From positions 896,001 through 960,000 of the forward strand of contig CAVSBQ010000002.1 of assembly GCA_963726265.1 (NCBI GenBank): a stretch of DNA of 64,000 nt, given 5' to 3'. A program made the translations under genes and the position numbers. Origin of the DNA: Candidatus Aenigmatarchaeota archaeon. Lineage in GTDB: Archaea; Aenigmatarchaeota; Aenigmatarchaeia; QMZP01; QMZT01. Under the pieces are notes generated by a model. It was not told the origin of the DNA. It did no database searches and worked only from the letters and a program-made list of their open reading frames with translations. Positions 48,543 to 58,969 of the stretch are shown piece after piece (position 1 is the first letter of the stretch; every line of letters begins with the position of its first letter).

Positions 48543-49547
48543 ATGAACGCGATAAAAGTCGAAAATCTGACCAAGAAGTTCAACGGTTTCACGGCAGTCG
48601 ACGGCATATCCTTCTCCGTCGAGGAAGGCGAGCTCTTCGGCCTTCTCGGGCCGAACGGTGCGGGCAAGACCACGACCATAAACATGCTTTCCACACTTCT
48701 TAAGACGACCTCAGGCCACGCAGAAGTCGCGGGCTTCGACGTGACGAAAAGCACGGACGACGTACGCAGGAGCATCGGCATAGTCTTCCAGGAGCCGGCG
48801 CTCGACAACAAGCTGACTGGAAAGGAGAACCTGGAATTCCACGGCATGATGTACGGCATGGCGGCTGACGAGCGGAGGAAGAGGATAGGCGAGGTCCTGG
48901 CGCTGGTCGAGCTGACCGACAAGGCAGGCGTGCTGGTCGAGAAATATTCGGGCGGCATGAAGCGCCGCCTGGAAATAGCAAGGGGTTTAATCCACAGGCC
49001 GAAAGTCCTTTTCCTGGACGAGCCGACCCTTGGCCTCGACGCGCAGACCCGCCGCCGCATCTGGGAATACATAAAGAAGCTCAACAAGGAGGCGGGCGTG
49101 ACGATAATTCTCACCACCCATTACATGGAGGAGGCGGACTACCTCTGCGGCAGGATAGCCATAATAGACCACGGCAAAATCGTCGCTCTAGACACGCCGA
49201 AAAAGCTGAAAGACGTGCTCGGCGGCGACGTCGTGTGCCTCGAAGTCGAAGGCGACACCGCAAAATACATGCAATACGCGAAGGCGCTGAAGTGGGTAAG
49301 GAACGCGAAAATCCATGACGGCGAGCTCTGCCTCACCATGGAGCACGGGGAAAAGAGGATTCCCGAGCTTGTCTGCGCGGCGCCGAAGCACGGCATCAGC
49401 ATACGTTCGGTCAGCCTGCGCAAGCCGAGCCTCGAGGACGTTTTCCTGCACTTCACCGGAAAAACCATCAGGGAGCATGAGGCTAGCCAGGGTGGCTTCG
49501 GCAGGGAGATGATGAGGATGAGGGCAGGGCGTGGGCACGGGATGTGA
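48543..49547 (+). CDS. DrrA-type ABC exporter ATP-binding protein
   Basis: GPNGAGKTT, YSGGMKRRLE, LDEPT. Confidence 0.93.
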   Translation: MNAIKVENLTKKFNGFTAVDGISFSVEEGELFGLLGPNGAGKTTTINMLSTLLKTTSGHAEVAGFDVTKSTDDVRRSIGIVFQEPALDNKLTGKENLEFHGMMYGMAADERRKRIGEVLALVELTDKAGVLVEKYSGGMKRRLEIARGLIHRPKVLFLDEPTLGLDAQTRRRIWEYIKKLNKEAGVTIILTTHYMEEADYLCGRIAIIDHGKIVALDTPKKLKDVLGGDVVCLEVEGDTAKYMQYAKALKWVRNAKIHDGELCLTMEHGEKRIPELVCAAPKHGISIRSVSLRKPSLEDVFLHFTGKTIREHEASQGGFGREMMRMRAGRGHGM

Positions 49548-49558
49548 AGGTTGATATC

Positions 49559-50323
49559 ATGATAAACACTAACGCGATTTATGTGTTGTGGCTCAGGGAA
49601 ATGAAGAGATTTGTAAGGGCTAAATCCAGGATAATAGGCATGCTCGCGATGCCGCTGCTGTTCCTGTCGTTCATGGGCATGGGTTTCTCGGGCATGGCAA
49701 TCCCCGGTCTAGGTAGCGGATTGAACTACATAAGCTTCCTCGTGCCCGGCATAATAGGCATGGGCATGCTTTTCACCTCGATGTTCGCAGGCATCTCGGT
49801 TTTGTGGGACAGGGAGTTCGGCTTTCTGAAGGAGATAATGATAGCGCCCGTGAACCGCGTCTCCATCGTGCTGGGCAGGATAGCGGGCGGCGCGACCACC
49901 GCCCTTATTCAGGGCATATTGATACTTTTGATTTCGATGGTCATCGGCTTCAGGGTTCCTGGCGTTCTTGCAGTCCTTACAGCAGTCGTGTTCATGACGC
50001 TGATAGCGACGACGTTCATAGGCCTCGGCCTCGTCTTCGCGTCCAAGATGCGCGACATGCAGGGCTTCAACCTGATAATGAACTTCGTGATTTTCCCGTT
50101 GTTCTTTTTGTCCGGGGCGTTATTCCCTCTGGACAACCTCCCATGGTTCATAAAGGCGATATCGTTCATAGACCCGCTGACATACGGCATCGACGGCATG
50201 CGCGCTGCGCTCATAGGCTTTTCGACGTTCAGCATAATGGTCGATCTTGTAGTGCTGCTCGGCATGTCAGCGACCATGGTTTTCCTGGGCGCGTATTTCT
50301 TCGAGAAGAGCGAGAGCGTGTGA
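49559..50323 (+). CDS. ABC-2 type permease
   Basis: Six TM helices, DREFGFLKE, FLSGALFP, PLTY. Confidence 0.92.
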   Translation: MINTNAIYVLWLREMKRFVRAKSRIIGMLAMPLLFLSFMGMGFSGMAIPGLGSGLNYISFLVPGIIGMGMLFTSMFAGISVLWDREFGFLKEIMIAPVNRVSIVLGRIAGGATTALIQGILILLISMVIGFRVPGVLAVLTAVVFMTLIATTFIGLGLVFASKMRDMQGFNLIMNFVIFPLFFLSGALFPLDNLPWFIKAISFIDPLTYGIDGMRAALIGFSTFSIMVDLVVLLGMSATMVFLGAYFFEKSESV

Positions 50324-50378
50324 GCCGCGGGCGACCAACGCTTAATTTTATTTAAACCGCTGAAACAATATTGATATC

Positions 50379-50927
50379 ATGATTGATGCCATGGAGAAAG
50401 CAATCGACCTCAGGGCGAAGATACGCACGGTCCCCCATTTTCCCAAGCAGGGCGTTATGTTCAGGGACATCACCACGCTGCTGCAGGATTCCGGGGCGTT
50501 CCGCCAAGCCATAAAGGAAATGATAAGGCACTTCGAGGGGAAGCGCATAGACAAGGTCGTTTCGGCCGAGAGCAGGGGCTTCATCTTCGGTTCTGCTATA
50601 GCGTATGAGCTGGGAGCGGGCTTCGTCCCGCTCAGGAAGCCGGGAAAGCTGCCGTGGAAAAAGATACGCGAGGAATTCGATACAGAATATTCGAAGGACG
50701 CGTTCGAGATGCACGAGGACGCTATAAACAAAGGCGAGAACGTCCTGGTGGTCGACGACCTCCTCGCGACCGGAGGAACGATGGAAGCGGCCGCGAAGCT
50801 GATAGAAAGGCTCGGCGGCAACATAATCGGCATGGCCATACTGATAGAGCTCGGCTTCCTGAAGGGGCGCGAGCGCCTGAAGGGGTATGATGTTTTTACC
50901 ATAGTGAATTACGAGTCAGAGGAATGA
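50379..50927 (+). CDS. apt: adenine phosphoribosyltransferase
   Basis: FRDITTLL, ESRGF, RKPGKLP, VDDLLATGGT. Confidence 0.96.
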   Translation: MIDAMEKAIDLRAKIRTVPHFPKQGVMFRDITTLLQDSGAFRQAIKEMIRHFEGKRIDKVVSAESRGFIFGSAIAYELGAGFVPLRKPGKLPWKKIREEFDTEYSKDAFEMHEDAINKGENVLVVDDLLATGGTMEAAAKLIERLGGNIIGMAILIELGFLKGRERLKGYDVFTIVNYESEE

Positions 50928-50968
50928 TAATTTTCTTGTTCACGTTTAAAACCGGATGAGTTAAATAT

Positions 50969-51010
50969 TAATACCTTTAAAGGTATAATATTATAACAAA
51001 AAAGGTATAA
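50969..51010. promoter_or_regulatory. tandem palindromic operators upstream of MNT-HEPN pair
   Basis: Perfect ATACCTTTAAAGGTAT (50971-50986) and imperfect TTATAAC-N6-GGTATAA (50991-51010). Confidence 0.7.
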
Positions 51011-51011
51011 T

Positions 51012-51632
51012 ATGGAAAGGCTATCAAGGAACGGGATTGGGATATTGAACCTGTTCAGAAAAAACATTTTTTTAAGCGGCTCCATCAGGGAGATAGCAGC
51101 CTTGCTGAAAAAGCCGTACCCGAAAGTTTACGAGGCGGCCAAAGAGCTTGAGAGACGAAACGTCATACATCTGAGGAAAGCCGGGAACGCCAGCCTGTGC
51201 GAGATCATGCTTTCGAAGGAGGCTGTTTCTGTTCTGTCCTTCCTGGACGGGCAGGAGGCAATCTCCCGGAACATCCCGAACATGGAAAAGATACTCGAGT
51301 TCAGGGAATTTTTGGATGACATAATAGTAGTCGCGGGAAGCTACGCAAAAGGCAGGCAGACCCCGAAATCGGATATAGACCTGGTCTTGATAACCAAGGA
51401 AGGCGCTGCCCGAAAGCAAAAGCTGCTGGAGAACATGACCATGACCTTCCTTCCCAGAATACATGCGGTTACATTCAGCTACAAAGATTTTGTAGACATG
51501 CTTTTGAGCAGAGACGAGAATTTCGGGAAAGAGGTTTTCAGGAATCACCTGATATTCAGGAACACCGAAAGATATTATCTTTTGCTCAAGGAGGCAATTG
51601 AAAATGGATTCAGAAGCAAAAATCTATCTTGA
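51012..51632 (+). CDS. HTH-fused minimal nucleotidyltransferase (MNT) antitoxin
   Basis: N-terminal wHTH; GSYAKG...SDIDL. Confidence 0.85.
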   Translation: MERLSRNGIGILNLFRKNIFLSGSIREIAALLKKPYPKVYEAAKELERRNVIHLRKAGNASLCEIMLSKEAVSVLSFLDGQEAISRNIPNMEKILEFREFLDDIIVVAGSYAKGRQTPKSDIDLVLITKEGAARKQKLLENMTMTFLPRIHAVTFSYKDFVDMLLSRDENFGKEVFRNHLIFRNTERYYLLLKEAIENGFRSKNLS

Positions 51633-52113
51633 ACGGGCGGACAGCAAAATCCTGCTTGCGAAAACCGTTTTTGACATATCCATGAGCAGGCAGCTGAAGG
51701 GGATATTGGGCATCACGCAAGACAAGACCTTTTTCAGCGACGTCATTTCCATGGCGTATTACGGCATATTCTATGCGGCTAAAGCGTATCTGCTCTCGGA
51801 GAGGATAAAGACCTCTCCGCCGGAGGAGCATAAGAAAACGTATGACGAATTCAAAAAATTCGTCGCCTCGGGGAGAATAGGCAGGCAGCTTCTGGACATT
51901 TACGATGAGGAGACTCAAAAAGCGGAAGCCCTGTTGAAAATATTCCACGACGAGAGGAGAAAAAGAGGCATTTTTACATACAACGTGAAATCCGAGGCGA
52001 ATATCCCCGCTGCGCGGGAGTCCATCGACAACGCAAGGGATTTCATTTCGGCGGTCAAGCTTGTGATGGGACAAAACGGGCACTTTATTAAAAACAGGCT
52101 ACAAAAGAAATAA
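51604..52113 (+). CDS. HEPN domain protein (toxin)
   Basis: AYYGIFYAAKAYL, EH, R..FTY; overlaps MNT gene. Confidence 0.85.
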   Translation: MDSEAKIYLERADSKILLAKTVFDISMSRQLKGILGITQDKTFFSDVISMAYYGIFYAAKAYLLSERIKTSPPEEHKKTYDEFKKFVASGRIGRQLLDIYDEETQKAEALLKIFHDERRKRGIFTYNVKSEANIPAARESIDNARDFISAVKLVMGQNGHFIKNRLQKK

Positions 52114-52130
52114 TATGGTGGGATATTATT

Positions 52131-53518
52131 ATGCTTGACATACAGCTTTTCAGGGAGAACGCCGACGTCATCCGCGAATCGGAGAAGAAGCGCTTCAAGG
52201 ACGAGGCGCTGGTCGACAAGGTCGTGGAGCTGGACAGGAAATGGCGCGAGGCTCTTAAACAGGCGGAGGCGCTGAGGCACAGGAGGAACGTCGTTTCCAT
52301 GGAGATTGCCGGCCTGAAGAAGGCAGGCAAGCACGCCGACGGCAAAATAAGCGAGATGAAGAGCGTCAACATCAGGATAGGCGAGAACGAAAGCCTGGCG
52401 AACGAGCTGCTCGCGAAACGCGACGCCTGCAGGTATAAGATAGGCAACGTCCTGCACAGTGACGTCGTCACGGGCAGGGGCGAGCACGAGAACAAGTTCA
52501 TCCGCGCCTGGGGCAAGCCGCTCGTCCTTCTCAACGACATGGAAAGCTTCAAGCGAGATACGAGGGGAACGCTCGCCTTCGAGCCGCTCCACTTCAAGCC
52601 CAGGAGCCATGTAGAGCTGCTCGAGGAACTCGACCTCGCCGACATCGAAAGAGCGGGAAGCTTTCCGGCGCGAGATTCTATTATCTGAAGAACGAGCTGG
52701 TCATGCTCAACCTCGCGCTCATACGCTTCGCCTTGGACTTCCTCGTGAAAAAGGGCTTCACGCCCATGTGGACGCCCTTCATGCTGCAGAAGGACGCGAT
52801 TTCCGCCGCGGCCGAGCTCGGCGACTTCGAAAGCCAGCTCTACAAAATCGAGGGAGAAGACCTGTTCCTTATAGCGACGGCCGAGCAGACGCTGGCGGCG
52901 TATCACATGGGAGAGACGTTCCAGGAGAAAGAGCTGCCCAAGACGTATGCGGGATTCTCGACCAACTTCCGCCGCGAAGCGGGTTCGCACGGCAAAGACA
53001 CGAAAGGCATCTTCCGCGTCCACCAGTTCGACAAGGTCGAGCAGTTCGTCTTATGCAGGCGCGAAGACTCCGGGGCATGGTTCGACAAGCTGATCGCGAA
53101 CGCCGAGGCGCTCTACCAGAAGCTCGATATTCCATACAGGATAATGTCCGTGTGCTCGGGCGAGATGAACGACAACGCGGCGATAAAGTATGACCTCGAG
53201 GCATGGATGCCGGCGCAGGGGCAGTTCCGCGAGATGGTGTCATGCTCGAATTGCACGGATTACCAGCCGAGGAAGCTGGGCATAAAGGTGATGAGGAAGG
53301 ATGGTAAGAGCGAGACGCTCCACACGCTCAACTCGACTGCGATAGCGACGGAACGCGCTCTCACCGCGATCCTCGAGAACTGCCAGCAGAAGGACGGCAG
53401 CATAAAGATACCCAAGCCGCTTGCCGCATACGCCGGCTTCAGGGAGATAGAAAGGAAGGCGGTCAAGGAAAAGACGAAGGGAAGACGCGAAGAAGAGATA
53501 GCAACGGGGATGGCATGA
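52131..53518 (+). CDS. serS: serine--tRNA ligase (1-nt indel near 52658)
   Basis: MLDI..FREN, LIATAEQ, FRREAG, RVHQFDKVEQF, SCSNCTDYQ; adding one A restores GKLSGARFYYLKN. Confidence 0.94.
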
Positions 53519-54558
53519 TTCTGGACGACGCGAAGGAGATAGAAAGGCTCGACCTGTCCAAGGTCGTTGCCTCGCTGGAGAGGTTTCCGGAGCAGTGCGA
53601 GGAGGCCATCCAGCTGGGGAGGAAGTTCGCCAAAAAACTGGAGGCGCCGAGGCCGGAAAGGGTCTTCATATGCGGCATGGGCGGCTCCGGCATAGCCGGG
53701 GACATAGTCTCCGGGATTTTCCCCGAAAGAGACATACGCGTCTTCAAGGACTACGGCCTTCCAGGCTACGTTAGCAGCAGGGACCTTGTTTTCGTGGTGA
53801 GCTATTCCGGCGACACCGAAGAAACGCTTAGCTCGTTCAGGGAGGCGCTCAAGAGGGGCAGCAGGCTGATCGCCATAACGTCCGGGGGCGAGCTCGAAAA
53901 TGAATGCGCGAAGCGCGGCGTCGCCTGCGTCCAGATACCCAAAGGCATGAAGCCGAGATTCGCCATAGGCTACCTTGTTTTGCCCATCATAATCGCGCTC
54001 GAGAAAATGAAGTTCGTGGAGAAGCAGAACCTCGAGCTGGTCGTGAAGAACCTGAAGGAGACGAGGGACGAGATAAGGGTGGGGACGCCCGCGCAGGACA
54101 ACCCGGCCAAGAGGATAGCCATGAAGCTGGCGGATTCCGTGCCCGTGATCCACGGCTTCGGCATATACGAGTCCGTGGTCTACAGGACGAGGACCCAGTT
54201 CAACGAGAACTCCAAGGTCATTGCGCTTTCCGAGACGTATCCGGAGCTGAACCACAACTCCATAATCGGCTGGGACGGCGGCGGCCCGACCAAGAATTTC
54301 TCGGTCATAATAATACGCGACAACAGCGAGAGCGAAAGGATAAGGAAGCGGATAGAGTTCACCAAGGAGCTGCTGAAGAAGGCGGCGCGCTCTGTCATAG
54401 AGGTCTGGTCCGTCTATCCTTACGGGCTTTCGCGCGTGCTCTCGACCATGTACGTGCTCGATTTCGCGAGCATCTACCTGGGCCTGCTCAGGGGCAGGGA
54501 CCCGGGTGACGACAGCATAATAGCGAAGCTCAAAACCATTTTAAAGGAACAGCAGTAA
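53515..54558 (+). CDS. bifunctional phosphoglucose/phosphomannose isomerase
   Basis: CGMGGSG, SYSGDTEET, QFNENSK, PELNHN. Confidence 0.92.
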   Translation: MILDDAKEIERLDLSKVVASLERFPEQCEEAIQLGRKFAKKLEAPRPERVFICGMGGSGIAGDIVSGIFPERDIRVFKDYGLPGYVSSRDLVFVVSYSGDTEETLSSFREALKRGSRLIAITSGGELENECAKRGVACVQIPKGMKPRFAIGYLVLPIIIALEKMKFVEKQNLELVVKNLKETRDEIRVGTPAQDNPAKRIAMKLADSVPVIHGFGIYESVVYRTRTQFNENSKVIALSETYPELNHNSIIGWDGGGPTKNFSVIIIRDNSESERIRKRIEFTKELLKKAARSVIEVWSVYPYGLSRVLSTMYVLDFASIYLGLLRGRDPGDDSIIAKLKTILKEQQ

Positions 54559-54610
54559 TATTTATAATCCGGATACAATTGGTTATATCGGATTCGGAGG
54601 GTGTGGTTGC

Positions 54611-55135
54611 ATGAAGCTGATTTTCGTCGCGGGCCTGCCGGACATAGACAAGGCGACCATAATAGACCTCGCGCTCCAGCGGGCGGGGCGCAAGCAGGAG
54701 TTCCTGCTGGTCGATTTTGACGCAATAGAGGACATAGTCCAGAACGCCGCGGAAGCGGACGACATGGAGGCTTCGAGGCTCATGCTTGCGAAGTTCTACG
54801 ACAAGACGGAGAAGGCTCTGATAGCGAAGCTCAAGGAGCAGAGGGGCAGCATCATTGTGAACGGCTACCTAACCTTCGGCACGAAATACGGCTATTCGAG
54901 AGGGGCGACGGACGACTTCTTCCGCACTTTCAACCCGGACATCATAGTCATTCTTGAGAGGTACGCCGAGACCGGAGAAAAAACCGACGCGTCGACGGTA
55001 GACCAGCAGCGCATCAACAGGTATTACGGCACGATATTCTCGTCCATGTGCGGCTCCTCGCTCAAGATAATAAAGTTCAGGGAAAGCAGGATGATGGAGG
55101 CGGTCGCGGAGCTGGCCGACGTCCTGAAGCATTAG
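54611..55135 (+). CDS. archaeal adenylate-kinase-like protein with degenerate P-loop
   Basis: AdkA-like layout (PDIIVILE, QQRINR) and adk-DUF106 synteny; P-loop reads GLPDIDKAT. Confidence 0.65.
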   Translation: MKLIFVAGLPDIDKATIIDLALQRAGRKQEFLLVDFDAIEDIVQNAAEADDMEASRLMLAKFYDKTEKALIAKLKEQRGSIIVNGYLTFGTKYGYSRGATDDFFRTFNPDIIVILERYAETGEKTDASTVDQQRINRYYGTIFSSMCGSSLKIIKFRESRMMEAVAELADVLKH

Positions 55136-55147
55136 GAGACGAAACTT

Positions 55148-55810
55148 ATGATCCTGCCTTACCAGTATGTTTTCCTCTGGGCGCTGCTGCTGTCGTTCCT
55201 GGTCGCGCTCATATACAGGCTCTTCACCAAGCCGGAGCAGATGCGCCAGATAAAGGCGGACATGAAGCTTTACAGGGAGAAGTCGAAGGAGGCGCAGAAG
55301 CAGAAGGACCTCAAGAAGGCGAACGAATACATGAGCGAGATGATGAAGCTCAGCCAGAAGCAGATGCGCCAGACCATGAAGCCCATGTTCATAACGCTGG
55401 GCGTGGTCCTGATCCTCATCGGCTTCATAAACCAGGCCTACAGCGGCGTGGCGGTCGAGACGAAAGCGGTCGACGCAACAACCGCTCTCGGCCAGTTCTC
55501 ATACGCGGACTTCAGCCATCAGCTCAGGGCCGAAAAGATAAACGAAACGGATATCATAGTCACGGTCGACGCCAACGCCAACGGCGATTTCACGGACGAC
55601 ACGTCTTATGCGAACGGCCAGATCGCGCGGTTGGAAGGCATAAACTGGCAGGTTGCGCCGCAGAGCCTCAACGTCACCAAGATGGACACGATAGTCATGC
55701 TGCCCTTCAGCATGCCCTTTTTGGGCAGCCAGCTCACCTGGATAATGTGGTATATCCTCGTCTCGCTTCCGGGGACCTGGATGTTCAGGAAGGCGCTGGG
55801 CGTCGAGTGA
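55148..55810 (+). CDS. EMC3/TMCO1 (DUF106, Oxa1 superfamily) membrane insertase
   Basis: TM-coiled coil-MKPMFIT, WIMWYIL, RKALG. Confidence 0.88.
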   Translation: MILPYQYVFLWALLLSFLVALIYRLFTKPEQMRQIKADMKLYREKSKEAQKQKDLKKANEYMSEMMKLSQKQMRQTMKPMFITLGVVLILIGFINQAYSGVAVETKAVDATTALGQFSYADFSHQLRAEKINETDIIVTVDANANGDFTDDTSYANGQIARLEGINWQVAPQSLNVTKMDTIVMLPFSMPFLGSQLTWIMWYILVSLPGTWMFRKALGVE

Positions 55811-55831
55811 GAATTATAACGGGCGGGTCTT

Positions 55832-56527
55832 TTATCTTGGAGTAAAAACTAGATGACTGAATTTTACAGGAGTCTTTCCGTCTGGAGCTGGTTTAAATGC
55901 GGCTCTTGCAACTTCCCTTTCTTTCCAAGCCTCCTCTCCGTCTACCAAAAGATAGCTTTGAATATGGAACTCTTTTGGCTGTTTTGTCGTTATAGAAGGC
56001 CTATTTATATCAAATGCATAGGTAAAATCTCCAGTTTCTTCATAATTGGAAGAGTCAAAATTTATTAAAAGATGCTCATTTGGAATTGTCCTTCGGTTTG
56101 ATGTCCCGCCATAATTACTCTTTCTTATACGAACACCTGTAACAATTGTTCCATCTCCTAAGTCGATAGTTGTTACTCCTAACCTTTCTTGCATTTTTGA
56201 TTCTTCTTCACAAATTTGTTTAATTGCATCACCAAAATCCATGGAAAAAATAACTTCTAAATCACCCTGTGGTATTAACAACTCCCCTCTCCTTTGCCAG
56301 ACAGGATTTCTTAATACGTATACTTCTGCTTTATGCGCAGAAAGCTTATCGTGTTCTCTGTTTGGTGGAAATCTTTTGAGAAAATCCAATCCTGCCTCAG
56401 CCACTTCTTTCTTAACTCCGACTTCGGCAGCTTCTTCGGGATGTGATAAACAATGTCGGTAAAAACTGGTATTATCTTCAATTCTGCATTTCGTGTAATT
56501 AAATCCGTTATATTTCGCGCCTCTCAT
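55832..56527 (-). CDS. AT-rich hypothetical protein
   Basis: 231-aa ORF with atypical composition. Confidence 0.65.
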   Translation of the reverse strand: MRGAKYNGFNYTKCRIEDNTSFYRHCLSHPEEAAEVGVKKEVAEAGLDFLKRFPPNREHDKLSAHKAEVYVLRNPVWQRRGELLIPQGDLEVIFSMDFGDAIKQICEEESKMQERLGVTTIDLGDGTIVTGVRIRKSNYGGTSNRRTIPNEHLLINFDSSNYEETGDFTYAFDINRPSITTKQPKEFHIQSYLLVDGEEAWKEREVARAAFKPAPDGKTPVKFSHLVFTPR

Positions 56528-56605
56528 GTAAATTATAATCTTGACAATCTTTATAAACCTATAGATTGTTTACTACTTTATCATTACTAATTTTATACGT
56601 TCTAG

Positions 56606-56860
56606 CTATCTGCTGTACATGAAGAGGTCCGGGACCCAGCTCTTCATCATCACGTAAACGACCAGCGTGTCCACGAAAAGGAAGATGCCCACTATGACTA
56701 TGCCGAAGATGATGCTCGTGTTGAGCTCGCCCACGTTGCAGACGAACTTCTCCTTGTAGTCGCATATCAGCTTGGTCTTTATCATGGAATCGAAGGTGAA
56801 GAAGATGAAGACGCAGGAGATGAACACGACGAGCATGCCGAGAAAAAGGACGATTTTCAT
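56606..56860 (-). CDS. small two-TM membrane protein
   Basis: 84 aa, overlaps rnp4 stop. Confidence 0.65.
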   Translation of the reverse strand: MKIVLFLGMLVVFISCVFIFFTFDSMIKTKLICDYKEKFVCNVGELNTSIIFGIVIVGIFLFVDTLVVYVMMKSWVPDLFMYSR

Positions 56861-57207
56861 GCTTTCTTTCTCCTCTTTTTAATAATTCCCCTTTCCCTTA
56901 TATAAGGATGCCTCGCCACAGAACCGCACGCGAGGCACGTGACGACGACGGCCTGCTTGTCATCACGTAAGCGAATTCTGCAGCTCACGCCGGGCCTGAG
57001 ATACGCATTGCACTTCCTGCAGAACTCGCTTTTTTGTCGCTTGCCCAGCCTCACGTTGTAGCGCATCGCAATCCTGCGCGCGAGTTCGACGTAGCGCTTC
57101 GCCCGCTCCGGATGCTTCCTGAACTCGCGCTCCGCCTGCTCGAAGAGAAGCGCGATCCGTTCCTTCGATATGTTCGTCCAAGCCTCGGGCTTCTTCCTGC
57201 TGCGCAT
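56857..57207 (-). CDS. rnp4: RNase P protein component Rpp21
   Basis: ERIALLF, RYVELARRI, FCRKC...TCLACG..RHPY. Confidence 0.92.
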   Translation of the reverse strand: MRSRKKPEAWTNISKERIALLFEQAEREFRKHPERAKRYVELARRIAMRYNVRLGKRQKSEFCRKCNAYLRPGVSCRIRLRDDKQAVVVTCLACGSVARHPYIRERGIIKKRRKKA

Positions 57208-57289
57208 GAATAGGTTTTGTTTCGCAAAATAAAAAGCGTTCCTGCTGCTATGGCTATCAAAAATAAAGGTAAAAAAAATCAAAAGGGAA

Positions 57290-57832
57290 TCAAGTTTTCG
57301 GTTTTTCAGCTGGTGCTCCGCCCTTGTTGCCTTCCTGCCCTAGCCAGAATATCACTATCGCAAGTATTACGATGAAGAACAACACTGTCCAGAAGTCAGA
57401 ACTCATGGTCCATCCTGGTATGTTCACAAGCCACGCGCCGCCAGCTCCGAAGAACATCACTATGCCTATGAAAACCAGCAGGAGAACCAGCACCCATTTG
57501 GTGGTTTTTCCTTCGGTCAGCGTCTTCACGTCAAAGCCGACAATGGCCAGCAGGATCACTATGAACAGAAGTCCCGTAGCGACCACTAACCACATGCCGG
57601 AAAGGTTGGCGAAGAAGCTGACTATCATTGAGTTCCAGCTGGAATACAGCATCACGAAGAACGCCACTATGAGGGCTATCACTCCCGTCGCTGATTTTGG
57701 CAGCCTGTCCTTAAGCGCCCATGACATAAGTCCGTAGACTATCGCTAGTGCAAGCAGGAACGGAAACAAGAACTGGAAGAAGCCCAGCCTTGACATGTTC
57801 TGCAATAATATGCCGAATGCTCCGTCTGCCAT
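57290..57832 (-). CDS. conserved DPANN-type membrane protein (PFLL motif)
   Basis: FLFPFLLALAIVYGL; five TM helices. Confidence 0.75.
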   Translation of the reverse strand: MADGAFGILLQNMSRLGFFQFLFPFLLALAIVYGLMSWALKDRLPKSATGVIALIVAFFVMLYSSWNSMIVSFFANLSGMWLVVATGLLFIVILLAIVGFDVKTLTEGKTTKWVLVLLLVFIGIVMFFGAGGAWLVNIPGWTMSSDFWTVLFFIVILAIVIFWLGQEGNKGGAPAEKPKT

Positions 57833-58056
57833 AATAATCTATTGTGACATAACCTTTATAAGTATATCCTTCCCCGTCTCTTTTCCCGTTTATTTTCCCG
57901 CCTGATGCCGCTTTTGCGCGCGGTTTCGGGGCGGCTTTTTCATGTTCTAAAATGCGCCCGGAAAGGGGCCTGAAAAGCTTTATAAATAGTAAAAACTACT
58001 ATTAAGTAATAAAAATTAACATAGATGTAATTTGTTAGGGTGTCATTGGCGATAAA

Positions 58057-58425
58057 ATGGTAAAGGAAATTGATATCGGTAAATATCTGAAAACACTAGA
58101 AGATGGTTTGAAGGAGCTTTACAGCGACAAGATAGATCTCAGCAGATACAAATTCAAGGAAGAGACACTCGAGGCTTATGAAATTCTGATGCAGGGATTC
58201 AAAAAAGGAGACAGGGAATTCGTAAGCAAAGGCCTTAGTGCCCTTTATACTTACACAAATCCGGATATCCCAGAAAACGAGATAATGAAAAACTACAGCG
58301 GCGACAAAGTCGTGCTGGATCTGTTCTACAAAATATCAGGCGCCGTAAAGGGAATGGCTGACGAGATTTCAAAGGCATTCAGTGAAGCGCAAGCCCACCA
58401 GGAAGCGCTCCCGCAGGCAGCCTAG
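58057..58425 (+). CDS. hypothetical protein inserted against the cluster orientation
   Basis: 122-aa AT-richer ORF with its own TATA box. Confidence 0.65.
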   Translation: MVKEIDIGKYLKTLEDGLKELYSDKIDLSRYKFKEETLEAYEILMQGFKKGDREFVSKGLSALYTYTNPDIPENEIMKNYSGDKVVLDLFYKISGAVKGMADEISKAFSEAQAHQEALPQAA

Positions 58426-58438
58426 TTCTCTGTTTTTG

Positions 58439-58891
58439 TCACGCGCCCGTCTTGTATGCCTTCCACAGGATGACGGCCACTATCAGTATGCCTATTATCC
58501 ACACGAGGTTCGTGTTCGAAAGTAGGCTGCTGCTCGGCAGGATGTCGGTCGTCTGCATCCTCGCCAGTATGATGAGAACCAGCACTAAGATGACTATGAT
58601 AAGGACGGGATCTCCTTTCTTGCCTTCCTTGCCGCTGCCCCTCAGCGGCTTCAGGACTATCCATATCAGGAACAGCACAACGAAGAAGCCGGCTGCGTAA
58701 GGCAGAATCGAGTTTATGAACGAGACCACCTGCGAGTTCATCACAGAGAAGAACGCGAACACCACGGCGATTATCCCGTTCACGGCGCGGTTCTTGAAGA
58801 CCTTCGAGACCTCGAGGGCGCCGTAGATTATCGCCAGCACCAGGAAGAACGGGAGCAGGATTTCCATCGAAATGAGGTCGAACGGGAACAT
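58439..58891 (-). CDS. conserved DPANN-type membrane protein (paralog of 57290-57832)
   Basis: ILLPFFLVLAIIYGAL, N.IIA..FAFF. Confidence 0.75.
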   Translation of the reverse strand: MFPFDLISMEILLPFFLVLAIIYGALEVSKVFKNRAVNGIIAVVFAFFSVMNSQVVSFINSILPYAAGFFVVLFLIWIVLKPLRGSGKEGKKGDPVLIIVILVLVLIILARMQTTDILPSSSLLSNTNLVWIIGILIVAVILWKAYKTGA

Positions 58892-58969
58892 AATTACCAC
58901 TTTGGAGATTCTCCTTTCATTGCTCTTATAAGATTATTTCTTAATTTCGTGATTCCAGGATTTTTTCGC

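Noticed and set aside
3933..53518. Programmed frameshifting or pseudogenisation of hisS, serS, M20 peptidase, aminotransferase, atpF and nth
   Set aside because: Nearly all breaks are single-base indels in short A or G runs, and several hit essential genes. This is the signature of long-read consensus error; no shared slippery motif is present.
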